A DNA stretch of 64,000 nt, from assembly GCF_009914755.1 (NCBI RefSeq), contig NC_060942.1. The stretch is one strand, 5' to 3'. Each line of letters opens with the position of its first letter. The first letter of the stretch is position 1. Positions 17,122-31,009 of the stretch are shown in pieces. The notes beneath the pieces are model-generated. The model was not told the DNA's origin. It did not search any database and saw nothing but the letters and a program-made list of their open reading frames with translations. The position numbers and the translations under genes are program-made. The stretch is from the human T2T-CHM13v2.0 reference genome, Homo sapiens.

Positions 17122-20100
17122 TGATGCGAAATTTCATTTGCAAGTACTGTAAATGTATTTGCATATACACGAGTTAAATTTACATCATTCAATAACAGAG
17201 GGAAGTGGTGAGGGGATGAGGGAAGTGCTGAAGGTGTACATGAGTGACTAAAATTTGGAAAGACCTCGTGAGTTGCTGCTGAGTCCTCCTGACTGCCTTT
17301 GTCACTTGCCTCTAGGGATTCTCATTTGCTCCTTCCCATCTGCTAGTTGCAACTTCCCAATTTCAAATCACATTAGTGAAATGAGTAACGTTTCAAGGGA
17401 GTACATTCAGATGACTACGACATTCACCCAAGACCTACTGTAAGATGATGATCTCTCTGTTTTGAGAGGTGAATTGGTTCTTCCAGGATTCCCAAGGGTG
17501 GCTGGAACCACCTCTGACTCTACAGATGAGTGATCAGCACCACGTGGAAACTTCCGCCATGCTGGGATTTCTGCTCCATACCAGTGCAGGCTCATTGTTT
17601 TCACTTATTTAGAATCTCATATTTACTCTTGTAGACTAAGGCTGACTGCCAAGGCTTCCCTTACAAGAAGTAATCCATGTGATCTAAAGTGAGAGTATTC
17701 ACATTCTTCAGTAAGATATGACATTTGGCTAAAAGTCAGTCTTTAAATAAAAGGAGAGCCTCTATGACTCTACAGATAACTTTGGGTTATAAAGTTCCAT
17801 ACAAGTGTTTGCTTTTAAGAGTAGGCATTGAACTTTCTGGCAGAGTAAATTGAGATGTAATCATTTTTTGCTAAACTGTTTTAAAAGATATTTCTAACCT
17901 TATTTTCTAAATTTCTAAAATAATTATACGTTCTAAATTTTGATCTTTAGTTACCATGACTTAAGTATTGCAGGAAGAGCCTGGGAATTGTGCTGATGGG
18001 TTTTATAAATTAATAGGTGTCAAAAAAAGAGTCACAAATATCACATTAAAATTCCTTTTTCTGCTATACTTATTCATTTCCAAGCCTGTCATCTCTTAAA
18101 AAAAAAAAAGTATCCTTAGATTTTCAGTCACATTTGATGGAGTTTATGTGCTCTGATTTCCGAGGTGAGGACATTTAAAACTTCACAGCTCTCCAAGAAA
18201 TACCAGGAAGGGATGTTTGCTTTAAAAAAAAAAGAGAAAAGAGGGACAAGAATAAAACCCCCACCCAACTTCCAAATACTATATAGAGTCAGTGAAGGAA
18301 AAATACAGACATGGGAGGAAAAATTGGAAAAAATTTTCTTGGAGACAACAGCAAAAACTGGCAGTCAAGTCAGTAAGGATGTACTGTCATCAAGGTCTCA
18401 GGTTTTCATATTAGAATGAGAATAGTAACAGGTGGCCTGATGGAGCACTGGCTGCATGCTGGGTGTGTCACACATGTTGAGTCTCACCGCCCTTCATGTG
18501 GCCATGGTGTCAGGAGGGAGACTTGCTCAGTTTTCAAATAGGAAAGTGACAGCTGCCCTGGTATGTTTATAACAGCTTACTCTGGGACAAGTTTATAAAC
18601 TGGAGGGTGGCAAAGAGACCAGTCAGGAGGCTACTGCAATAATGCAGGCAAGAGATGGGTTGGAGGCTGCTCTCCAAAGGAAGGGAGCAGCTGAATTTCC
18701 ACAAAAACATCCATCTGCTCTCTAGATGTTTTCAAGATGCCTTTTCCAAGGAGGTATTCTTACTGCTCTCTAAGGATCTGGGCGCATTTGCACAGGCTCA
18801 CTGTCAAAGTCAGGTGCAGAGGTGGAGGAAATTACAGCTCTTGAGTAGTGTGAACCTCCCAAACTCTGGCAATATCTGCATCAGAGGCAAAATGAAAATT
18901 ACTGTCTCTCTGAAATTTGGGGTGACAATCCTGGAGACAAGACCTAAGCCTAGCATGACTTATAGAAACACAGATACTTTCAGCTGCCTCTAAAACAGAG
19001 CAGTCCTCTTTGGGGGACCTGTGACAGATTGCTCACTGACATCACTATTTTGACACCCCATTAAATTACCATGGCCTCTTTGGGTTTGCAAGGGCACTGC
19101 AGTGAGAACAGGGGCAGATCCAAGTTCCAGAATCTTCAAAGATTGATCTCATTGATATACATGGGAATCAAGAGATAGGCAACTCAAAAAAGTCAGCTTT
19201 GACCAAGTTTTATGTAATAAATCTAAACACATAGAAACCCTTTGGTCCAGCTTCTCCAGGACACCATCCTCATTCCATAAGAAGCAGCAGAGAGTCTTGC
19301 AGGAAGAAGTAATCTGGAAATGCAGGCTTTGACTTCCAAACTGATGAAATATTCTTGTGATGAGCCCTTGAGAGCCCCTGAAGGGGGGTGCCAAAGAAAC
19401 AAGGACTCCCTGAAATGCAGCTGAGAGCTTCATCATTGGCAACATGACAGAGGCACCCAGCCTCGAGAAGACATTCCAGATAAGGGGGAGCCCCAGGCAT
19501 GGCTGAGGATGTAGGTCTCTGTTATTAAACTGTTTTTTAGGGAACAAAAGAAAAGAGTAGTGCCGGCCAAGAAAGGGTTGAATATCCCCTAACACCCACC
19601 GTCTGCTTCTTACAATTAATGCCCTACTGACACTCACCCCAATTATATCAAAATCATCTCCTTTTTGGAGCCACCTTATTCTGCGTCAGTCTCTATAATC
19701 CCACAGAACAGTGGCCTTGTCCAAGGAATGTTCAGCAGCCGTGAACACTCCGCAGTTACTGTTTCCATGACTATTTCCCCTTGTCACTCACTTGAAGGAT
19801 ATGTTTTTTTGCTCTTGCCACTTGATCAATGGTTCTCAACTTATTTCTGCTCCAGTGCTCTTGAGGGCTGTGTCACTTCATTAGCGGGAGCTGACTACCA
19901 CAGTGCTTCTGAAGGTGGGAAGAAAGGGGACTTTTGAAATGGAGCAAATTTGAAGAGAAAGAAAGGCAACTTGATTGAGGGGCCCTCCAGGGTGTTCATA
20001 CTCACATCACCAGGAAGCATCGCTGTGCAGGTGGTGATAGGACTGTGCCACTGAACTGGCTCATTCCATAAAACGTGGTAACCAGAAATCCTTGGTGGCT

Positions 20101-20214
20101 TAAGACCCATGGCCAGGGTGACTTCAGAGTGCCACATGCACAGTGCAATGCATCAGGCACAAAGCCACAGGTTCTGAGCCAGTTTTGAGGCCAAATGGAG
20201 GCGCACTAAGTTCA

Positions 20215-20420
20215 GAGTGGAATGGCCTTGGCTTGGGTCCCAGCTCTTCTGTTTACCAGCTGTGTGATTTCAGGGGAGCCACTCAATGTCTTTCATACTA
20301 AATTTCCTTATCTATACAACAGGATTAAAATGCTCACCCCCCAATAGAGCTTCACAAACCTCATAAGCATGTATGGATCAACAGGAAATATATGACATTG
20401 CTGTGGAAAAGGCACTTGTA
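20215..20420 (+). mobile_element. MIR
   Basis: 'gggtcccagctcttctgtttaccagctgtgtgatttcagg...tttccttatctatacaacagg' matches the MIR core. Confidence 0.7.
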
Positions 20421-20514
20421 AAATCCCTCATACAGAGTAATATTCAATAGAATAAGAAACATATTCTAAAGCTCAGTCAGACATCATGGGGACTGTTTAT
20501 AGGCATGAAAACAT

Positions 20515-20774
20515 TGTGTGTGTGTATATATATATATACACATATACGTATATATATGTATATATATGTATATATGTATATACATATATATACACACATA
20601 TATGTATATATATACATATATGTATATATGTGTGTGTATGTATATATATACACATATATATACACATATATATATATACATATATACATATATATATACA
20701 CACATATATATATACACATATATATATATACACATATATATATACACATATATATATACACACATATATATATA
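20515..20774. repeat. Complex (TA/TG/CA)n microsatellite, 260 bp of unbroken pyrimidine-purine alternation
   Basis: Read base by base, every dinucleotide from 20515 to 20774 is YR; source of the spurious YI/YT-rich ORFs. Confidence 0.98.
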
Positions 20775-23700
20775 GGCGGCAAACCTCAATCCCATTATCA
20801 AAAGAGAAAGAGCTATTAGGTAAAGGAAGATAATTGTACGATAACAATTGCCGAGATCATGATGGCTGCTCTGAATCCTGCAAAACAGAAAAATTCTGCA
20901 CAATTTCACGTTGGATTAAGTTGCAATAAAAAGTGGCCAGAGATTAGCAGCTTCTTTAAAAGATCAATGAATGTTCACATTTAGATTTCGGTTTGTTTAG
21001 AAACCTAGTTCGTGTGTCTAGATTCTTGTTTTCACCCAGTCCTCACCTCTCTTAGCCGTGAAGCATCACATGCTCCTTTTGCCTGCCTTTGTTCAGGACA
21101 CTGGAGAATGACAGTGACCAGTGACCATTGCCATCACTGTGCCTGAACTTCTGGGGCACTCTGCCTTGTGGCCCATCAGGCAAAGTTAGGTGTCTTCAGT
21201 TGCTTTAGTGCTATAGCAATAAATAGTTTATATGGGATCTAATAAAATGCGATGCTTCGAAGCACCAGAAGAGAAGTCTGAGCAGAAAACAAAGAAATTT
21301 CACAGACTTTGCATGCCCCAGTGAGTTCATCTTCCTTCTTTCAGGGTGATGATTTTAGTCATTTTACATGCACAATTTTATTCATATGAGAAAGGGAGGA
21401 AAAATTTTATTTCAGAAGCATCTAAAAAACTTGACTCTGCACTGCCTGAAAACATACTGCACATTATGTACGGCCTTGACCTGCATCCCTTTCTTTCTGG
21501 CAGCTTTTCTGTTGAATAGGATTTTTTTCTCCTTTTTTAATATCTAGGAGTTGTGGCATTTTTAACAGACTGCATCGTTTTGGAGTAATGTTCTCTTGAG
21601 GTGGGCAACTGAGATGTATAATTATATCCTGTGGAAAATGGTGGCGGTATGAGGGGTGGGGAAGGAGGTTATTAAATCACAAAAACATGTTTCCTATTCA
21701 GAAAAAAATGACAGTATGCAGGATGTTCAATTTCCTTCTGCTCTGTGCCCATGGAGAGTACAGCATCTTCAAGTGGGGAAGTCATTGGTATTCACTGGAG
21801 CTTGCCTGGTTTCATTTTTATTGTTTTGGAGACTTATTACTCTTTCAGAGTGGTTCCCAGGTCTGCTGCCTCTTCGCAGTATATATGAGCTAAGGTAGTC
21901 AGAGGAAACACTTTAATTACATTTTAAGTAGAATAAAAGCATAAGTATATTTATGAAAATTCTAACAGAAGGTGCAGTGAGACCATTAACTTAAATCCCA
22001 AAAATACATCTAGTGTTTTTTTCATAATAGGAAGTTCATAGTTGGTGTGTTAAATTATACCTGCATATTTAAAATCTGCCCTAAACACTAAATATTGCCT
22101 AAATGTGCATATTATATTCAAAATCCCACCTATAAAACTTGTGCTGGGAGCAGGGGCCATCATTGCCTGCCTCACACACCTGTCCTTAAGTTGCTGCTCT
22201 GCAGATGGGATGTCCTCAGGGGCTAAATGATGCTTTTAGCCTTGGTTCCCTCAGCCATCCCTCCTGCTCTCTCTCATTGGGCCTCTTGTTCAAAATTATG
22301 CCTGAGCTTTGGTCGAATTTGATTTTAGCAAGCCTGAACATAATTCTGACAAGGGAAGACTCTGAGGTGAGAGTTAGAGGAGGAGTTGGAGGTTGTGCTT
22401 AAACTTGAATGTAAGGATTTGTCTCAGGCATAGAAAGATGCAAGGTGAAGATAAGCAAAATTTCCTCCCAGAGACCAGAAGCCAGTCGTTGGCATATGCT
22501 TCGAAAATCCTTATTCCAAAGAACAAAGTTCTTTTCTGTCGCACTGGGAGGATTCAAAACCTGATTAGCTTTACTTTCAACAAGTTTGAGAGGAACCCTT
22601 CTTTTCTACAATATAAATTATTTGGTGATTACTTCCCAAGAATATTGGTTCAGAGTAGAATTCTTCTTAAAGCATTCAATATTCAGTTTCTGTAATTTTA
22701 AAAGAACATGTGTAACTTTTGACCTCTTAAAGATAAAAAAGATAGCTAAAGAACCTTTTATTCTTGCCCAAAGAAAAATGCACGGGTGAACATCTTACAA
22801 AATGTGCACTGACTTTGCTTAATTTATTAAAAGATATTTAAAAGTAAAAAAGTATGTGAAAAGGAACATAATAGAATAATTGCATAGTAAAGTTACACAT
22901 AACCCAATGTTATTTGATTTTCCCCAGGCACATTTTACTGTTGTGTTTATTAGTGATTATGCCCATCTCATGGTCTTCCAAAAAAAAAAAAAAAGGAAGG
23001 AGGGTGGACTCACAGGGTCGTTAAGAGAATCCTCAGTCTCTCTAGGGAAGGAAGAATAAAGGAAGTGTATCTGCCACCTCTGCAGCTGCACATCTGTGGC
23101 AGTCCCGGCTGCAAACTAGACATGAAGCAGTATTCTAAGGCACTGACGGCAGTGTTCCTATCCCAGTTACTGTACTTGCCCTGAGAATTGTTAGCCAGGA
23201 AAGCAACCAGGGGCACACAGTCTGAGAGATCGTACCATATCATGGCTTCTCTGAATATTCAGTGGCTCCAGAGCTACAGATGAAGTTTTATTTTCTAACT
23301 AAAAATTTAAACAATTGGTTTTTGTCTCACTTTAGGCATAAGAGGGAGTCTAAAGTAAATATTTTCTCAGATATCTTGAACGTATATGCTAGAAAAAAGC
23401 CATAACATTCAAAACTGGATCCATCTTAGGAAAAAAACATTTTTAATCTCCATAACAAAAGGAAATAAAAGCCAAGGCAACCAATCTAGAAAGCCTTTCC
23501 CTTTTCTCTCTGGGCTCCCATAGGTTTATTACTTATTTTCTAAGCCAGGGATAAAGACTCGTGGTCTTAATAATCCAAATGTATCCATGGGGAAATTGGC
23601 TATATAATTGAAGGAACACTTACGGAAAATGCAAGACACCATCACCCTATCTGTATGGAGTCAGGAGACAGTGACATTTATCTATGGAGGCACTAGTTAT

Positions 23701-25056
23701 CTGACCTTTTCCTCAGAGCATTTCTAATTTTGTTTTGTTTTTTAAAAAACACATTTTGCCATTTATAGTGATTCATGTAATTCCTGGATAAGAAGTTGGG
23801 AGGCTCATTGCAAGAAGTTGAACTTTTCCTGCAGTGGCTCCCATGCAATGAACACATATCATGTATGAGAAGAAAAATTCCTGTTTTATAGAAGTAATCA
23901 ATAGTTAAAATTTAGGTGACATTTTTAATATTCTTTTGTTGTAAACATTCTTTCAGAGACAAGCAGAGATAATCTTGGCATGGAAAACAATTGTTGGCCA
24001 TGTGTATTTAAGTTGACTTAATAGTGTTTTCTTCTCAAGGTCATTGGGGTAAGAGTGGTAGAGAAAAAGCAGTGGATAAAGAGTCAGAAAACACTGACTT
24101 CGGATCTAGGTTGTGTTAGAAGATGTTGAGGTGTCTGTCTTCATCTCATGTCCCTCAGCTGTAAGGGACAGCTCATGTTCTCTCCTCCAGTGAGGATCAG
24201 GTGAGAGGATGGACTCATTCATCTGCACATACTTTTGATGCTCTCATAATAAGTGCTCAGAGATGGATAAAACTTGGGCCCCATCTGTAGGAAAACATTC
24301 TGGGAACTGTAGTGCTCAAATGCAGTACAATTGGTTATTATTTCATTTGTTGATTTGTGTCTGTTTCTTGGTCACCAATTAAATGAAAATAATACAACTA
24401 AAATAACTATTTTTAAATACAAGGGCTATTGGCAGTCCTGTGATAACCACAAATGCTGAAGAAACACAGCTGTGATGTGAGCATCATTCCCCACAAGGGA
24501 GCCTCTGTGTGTCCAGAGAGGGCAGGGACCCTCATGTGGCTCGGGTCCCCACGTGAAGGCTCAGGGAATCTAGGGGCATTTTCTGTATGAGTTGAGGCTG
24601 TGGATTTACTGGAAGACTTCAAGGTCTCAAAGTCACTTTTCTTCTTCCATCTTCCTACAAAAAAACAAAATCTGAGAACTTTTTAGATGGGTGGAAAAGG
24701 CAGAGGGAAGTGAAATTGGTAATTAATCATGACAAACTCAAAGTGGAATTAAATTTTTGGAAGTCAAATAGTAGTTATTACTCAACTATAAAATTATTGT
24801 CATTCATAGAGTAACAAAGACAGTATTCAGAAAAAGAGTATCTGACTTTAAAATCCCTGAAGCTATTTTTAAATGCATGTTATGTAGCAGAATAGAAGCT
24901 ACATGTTTGAATAAATCCCCTGATTATATAAAGGTCTTGTTCTAGATGGAATCAACTAGCGATTTTTAATGATAGTATTTGTATTGAGTTAATTTATTAA
25001 TAACCTGAAAGTGTTTTTATTTGTATTTGCCCTGTATCATACAGGGTTTTACTTTT

Positions 25057-25738
<682 letters not shown>

Positions 25739-27494
25739 CTCTTCAACTAGCGATGCATAGTGTGAGTCTGTTAATACAGCTGTTCATATATAGCACATCT
25801 GATCCTACCATGTTTTTGAAATGATAAATATAAGGTAAAAACTATTATGATAATGAAGTGTTACCTATGATCACGACTAAGGGACCTTAAGATGAGCAGA
25901 TTAAACCTCTTAACTCTTAGGTTTGTAGTGTTATTTTTTTCAGTCTTCTGTGTTGTGTTTTAAAATGGTGTTGCTCAACTGTTTTATTGGGTGGATGTAC
26001 AGGGGACAAGATCTGAAGCCTGAGGGCAGAACAGACCTGGGGCTAGGGTCTTCTCCAGCCAGTCTCTGATGCAAGCTCGGTTGTATGGTAACAGCAGTGT
26101 CCATATCCACCAGGCCACAGAAAAGACATGGACTTGACAAACTATGTAACTAATTACTGGATTCCAAACATAAATGATGAACACATAGCTCCCACTCTCA
26201 GGGAGTCCACAGCCTGGTGGCAGAGACAGACACAGAAACAACAGAGGATGCCAGGCACTGTCCACTTAGTGGTCAGAATACTATGCAGCACACAGGCAGG
26301 CAGAGTGGGGCACAGACATCTCGTGGCGTCTGCGAGCAGTGTCTCCTACTGCAGCAGTGCTAAGCAACAGTTTACCTCATGGGGGAGAGTTGGACCCATA
26401 AAAAGGAATAAATACATTCTACCTAGCGACAGACTAATCTGAAAATATTGTAAATGGTGGAAATGGCCAAGACGGCTGAACACCACAGGTGAGATGGAGA
26501 CCGGGGAGGAAGGAAGAGCTTCTGTTTGGGAGAGAACTGAGAGAACTTGAAAGCCACCCTGGAGCACATCTGAGGACACGAGTCCCTAATGCCATGTTCT
26601 CTGGCCCCAAAGCGTTCCCAAATGGTGCTCTCATTCATCTGCTCACCCTTCATCTCTTCCTCTTTCCCTCTCTCTTCCTTCCCAGTGGGTGCCAGGAAGT
26701 ATGTGAGTACCGTGGCAAAAACAAGAAATAGCTTTACTGAATCCTGTTCACTTCCATCCTTTTCCCATAACCTCCTCACATAGTTGACCACATAAAGGTA
26801 AAATGTAGTGTGAACTAAAGTGGAAATAAAGACACACATTTTATTTTACTTGTCCACTGAGAGTAGGGGACATTTTCATTACAACTTGAACAAAAAAAAA
26901 TTGAATAACCTGAAGATTAAAGACTCCAGGCATCATAGTGCCAAATCCCTAAATAAATGGACATCTAAACTCCATTAAAAATGAAGAGAAAACTTTGGCA
27001 GAGTTTATTACAGGATTTTAGCCTGGAAGTCATGAAGTCTCAGCTTACCTACTCTCATGTTTTAACCAAAGATAACCTTTCTTCAATTAGCAATTAGGGA
27101 GAAAAAGACATCACTGTATCTCTTACAAGAATATTGAAAAATGACAATATAATTAAGAAATTGAGTGAAACATTAATTTCTCTGTATTAAATATTCAGCT
27201 GAGATGGGGATGAACATGTGACCATTTTTACTCGGTTATACAGAGAAATTGTGGGTTCACTCTTCAGCTTCCATCCCTGTGTTTGTAAGGTACTAACTAA
27301 AGGAAAACAAAGTTTAGAAAAAGCTAAATGAAATATTTAAAATATAAATGTAGTGTAATAATCCCTTGTCTCATTTCTGTCGGCATTCTTTCCTTCTTGA
27401 CCCTTGTTCTACGTTTTTTAAGAACATCCTCCATCGTTAAGATCCCTCTGTTTACTGCGCCAAATTGTAATTCTCAGTCTCACTTTCCTTCTAG

Positions 27495-27582
27495 AGCTTC
27501 TTTGAAGGGCAGTCTGCACCATGGGACTCGGCTAAGAAAGATGAGAACAGAATGAAGAACAGATACGGGAATATCATTGCAT
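27495..27582 (+). CDS. PTPRM: PTPRM coding exon (88 nt, phase 0 to 1): [29 protein letters not shown]; start of PTP domain D1 with the KNRY phosphotyrosine-recognition loop
   Basis: Acceptor cactttccttctag|AGC, donor GCAT|gtaagt; translation matches PTPRM as I recall it; the final T joins AC of the next exon to give Tyr. Confidence 0.97.
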
Positions 27583-27959
27583 GTAAGTGTCAACAGTGTC
27601 ATTGTGCTGTTGTAGAACTTCCTTTTTGCATCTAGTAAGATTGACCACCAGGCTCATACAGAGGAAATTTACAGTGCAATTACCTCCTTCATCCTTCTAG
27701 AACAGCTGGTGTTAACGCTCGTACTAAAGAAAGGAATAACTGTCTACCCCCACTTCATCATTGTACTGTTGTCGTGGGCCCTGTTTTCCTTTTAGATTTA
27801 AGGTTTGGGTAACACAGGTAACGTTAAGATGCTGAGAAGGAAAATGCATTTTGGATGGAGTAAACATTATAGTCCTAATGGTTCCCAGCTGCTACGTGAG
27901 AATGAATGGAAATAATGATGCACAGCTTGCCTTAATGCAAAGAGCTCAGAGTTCTCAGC

Positions 27960-28120
27960 AAACATTAACTCATTAATCCTGTGGACACTGGGTTAGGTAG
28001 GTCAGTAATAGCCCCATTTTAAGGACAGGAAACTGAAACTCAGAAGTTAAATGATACTCCCCATATCACAACACTCATTAGCAAAAGAACTAGGATTATA
28101 GCTTAGACATTCCCAGTGCC
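27960..28120 (-). mobile_element. MIR
   Basis: 'ccccattttaaggacaggaaactgaaactcagaagttaaatga'. Confidence 0.75.
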
Positions 28121-28560
28121 TGTGAAACTGAATGTTACCAACCCGTAATGCCTTGGATGGTTTCTAAGTCGAGCCCAGCCTCATTAATGTTGCGTAGCAA
28201 TGCTGAGACACGCGCTAGATTGATGAAACCCCTTCTCCCAGGGCCCGCACTATCCATCCCCCACACTAAACTGCTCTCCGTCATCCATGACTGCATCAAG
28301 GCACTGACAGGCCCGCTGTAGTCGCCTAACATAATTAATACTATTTATAAAGATACATAAATTTTAAAAAGCAACACAACAATGCAGATTAGGCCAAGAG
28401 AACATCTCGCTCCTCGTGTCTCATTTCTTACGAGAGAACAAACTTGGGAGGTTTGGTTATTCCAGAGGAGCAATCTATTAGCTTTATTGATTGTGAAAGT
28501 GCTGTTAAACTGTCTTTGCCTGAGTTCACATTTCTTAGTGTGACAGTACAGATTGTCTAC

Positions 28561-28821
28561 CAGTGCTGCCCACAGAATTTCCTGTGACTGCAGAAATGTT
28601 TCGTGTCTATGCTGTCCCAGACGGTAGCCATGAGCCACATAGGAGTAGCTGCACTGTGTACTTGGAATATGGCCGTACGACTGAGAAACTGAATTTTACT
28701 TTATTTCTTGTTTTTGCTGTTCAAGAGTTTGACAACATGAATTTTAAATTGTATTTAATTTTAACTATTTTTAATTTAAACAGCCCATGAGGCTAGTGGC
28801 TACTACATAGGGCAGCACAGA
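28561..28821 (+). mobile_element. MER3-like hAT-Charlie MITE with an internal insertion or duplication
   Basis: cagtgctgcc...ggtagccatgagccaca...gagaaactgaatttt...ggctagtggctactacatagggcagcacag. Confidence 0.8.
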
Positions 28822-29699
28822 TTTCAGTGTGTTGTAGAAAAAGAAACTGGGGGGTAGAGTGGAGCTTACATATGACACAAAACGTCCCAGCTGAGCACAT
28901 GCTGCTTTCCCTCCGGCCATCAAGAAAGCCAGATCGCCAGTGTTGCCAGGTATAAATGCTAGCTTCATGTGTTTTGTAGGTTGGTTTTAGAGCGTGCTGT
29001 ATTTAGTAGCATTGGAGTGGTCATGTCACAGTCCTTTGTAGGTAGGAGATGCTGTCCTGAGGTCTAGGGTTGATTACTCCTCAGTGGATCCCATCAACAC
29101 TTGTGGGATGCATTCTTGATACTGGACACTGAGGACGCAAAGGCCATGGAGATGAGATGGTGCCCCTGTCCCCAGGACAAACCCAACCGGGCAGTCAGAT
29201 CGCTGTGGCAGTAGTCCAGCGCCGTGACACAGGGTTTTGTTGCAGCCTGGTACACAGTGTTCTAGAGGCTCAGAGAAGGAAAACATGGTTTCTTGGTCTA
29301 TCTAGACTCTTCCAAGTTCCTTCATTTTCTCTGGGAGCCCACTGAAGCTTTGCGCTGTTAGAAGAATTCAGATTTCTCCTGATGGCTATGACATCCTTTC
29401 CAGGAGTCCCTTCAGCTCTGCAACAAACTCACAGAGAGTCTTGGAAGTGAAGTGGGGAATCCCCTTCCATACCAAGTGGAAGAGACATTGCTGAGCCTAT
29501 AACCTCATCATTGTGGCATCACTGATGTGGCCTCGTGCTGAGCATACAGAATGCAATGAATGTCAAGGGGTGTAGCCTTGGGTATGCTGAGAGATCCAGC
29601 TAGCCTTTCTCCAATACAACATTGAGTCTGCTTCTTCCCAATGTATAGTTTAGTACCTCCTCATGGAGACACTGAGATATATTTTTGAATCATGAGTGA

Positions 29700-29915
29700 A
29701 AAAAGCTAGCATTTGCTGAGCACTTACATATGCCAGACACTACTCTAAGCACTTTGCACATAGAAACCCGCTCACTAACAACACCACGAAATAGGTAGTA
29801 TTTTTGTATCTATTTTACAGGTGAGGCAATTGAGGGATAAAGAGGGTTAAAGAGTTTCACGGTTAATAAGGTATGGAGGCAGGATTCCAACCCAGGAGCA
29901 GCTTTTATAACCACT
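29700..29915 (-). mobile_element. MIR
   Basis: 'gctagcatttgctgagcacttacatatgccagacactactctaagcacttt...attttacaggtgaggcaattgagg'. Confidence 0.8.
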
Positions 29916-29959
29916 GCTGGATGGGTGCTGGGATGACTGGTTCCACTGGCTTGGTTTTC

Positions 29960-30152
<193 letters not shown>

Positions 30153-30394
30153 CAACATGAGGATGGCCCTGTATTGATTGTTTCCTTTCTATAAAACGTC
30201 TGCAGGCTCCTCACCACGTTCCAAGCAGATTTTCTCCTTTAAACCTCCAGAGATCCTGCCCATTTGTCTCCACTTGGCCCGTGTGGGTATTTGGTGTACA
30301 GCTGCTTGTCACAGGAACACTGAATTCTGTTCCTGTACCCGTTGCTCGTCACAGCTGGACAGAGAGTATGTACTTAAAAGGGTCCAATAATCCA

Positions 30395-30783
30395 TCTCTT
30401 CATTCAGTAAATATTTATTCATCACTTTCTTTTTGCCAGACTCTGTGGGAGGCACTGCTATAAAAAGATAATGAAGGCTGAGGCGGGTGGATTACATGAG
30501 GTCAGGAGCTTGAGACCAACCTGGCAAACATGGTGAAACCCTGCCTCTACTAAAAAGACAAAAATTAGCTGGGCATGGTGGCATGTGCCTGTAATCCCAG
30601 CTACTCGGGAGGCTGAGGCAAGAGAATTGCTTGAACCTGGGAGATGGAGGTTGCAGTGAGCCGATCATGCCACTGCACTCCAGCCTGGGCAACAGAGCAA
30701 GACTCCAGAGGTCTCAAAAAAACAAAAAAAAAGGAAGATAATAAAACACAAGATACTGCCCTCCTAGTAGTTACAGTCTAGTG
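30395..30783 (-). mobile_element. LINE-2 3' end hosting an Alu and a MER58 insertion
   Basis: 'ttcattcagtaaatatttattc...tgccagactctgtg...[Alu]...ctgccctcctagtagttacagtctagtg'. Confidence 0.65.
30473..30733 (+). mobile_element. 5'-truncated Alu (AluS-like)
   Basis: Starts at aggctgaggcgggtgga; aagataat direct repeats on both sides. Confidence 0.93.
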
Positions 30784-31009
30784 CAGGGGGTTGGCAAACT
30801 TTTTTCTGTAAAGGGTCCAGTAGTAAATGTGTTAGCCTTTAAAGGCCAATCTCAGTCTCAGTTCAGCTTCTTGGCTCTGCTGTTTTCATGCAAAAGCAGC
30901 CACAGACAGTACAGAAACAGATGGGTCTGACTATGTTCCAGGGAAACTTTTTCTGAAAGCCAGACAGTGGGCTACTTTTGGCCCACAAACAGTAGTTTTC
31001 TGACTCCTG
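30784..31009 (+). mobile_element. MER58A-like hAT-Charlie MITE
   Basis: Terminal inverted repeats cagggggttggcaaact...agttttctgactcctg; 8-bp TSD gtctagtg (30776-30783) / gtttagtg (31010-31017). Confidence 0.9.

Noticed and set aside
19149-19637. Longest ORF in the track (162 aa, minus strand)
   Set aside because: Does not start at a true ATG, has no recognisable domain, and shows no exon or retrocopy hallmarks (poly-A, TSD); consistent with chance.
20477-20909. Six overlapping Tyr/Ile-rich ORFs
   Set aside because: Artefact of the stop-free (TA/CA/TG)n tract.
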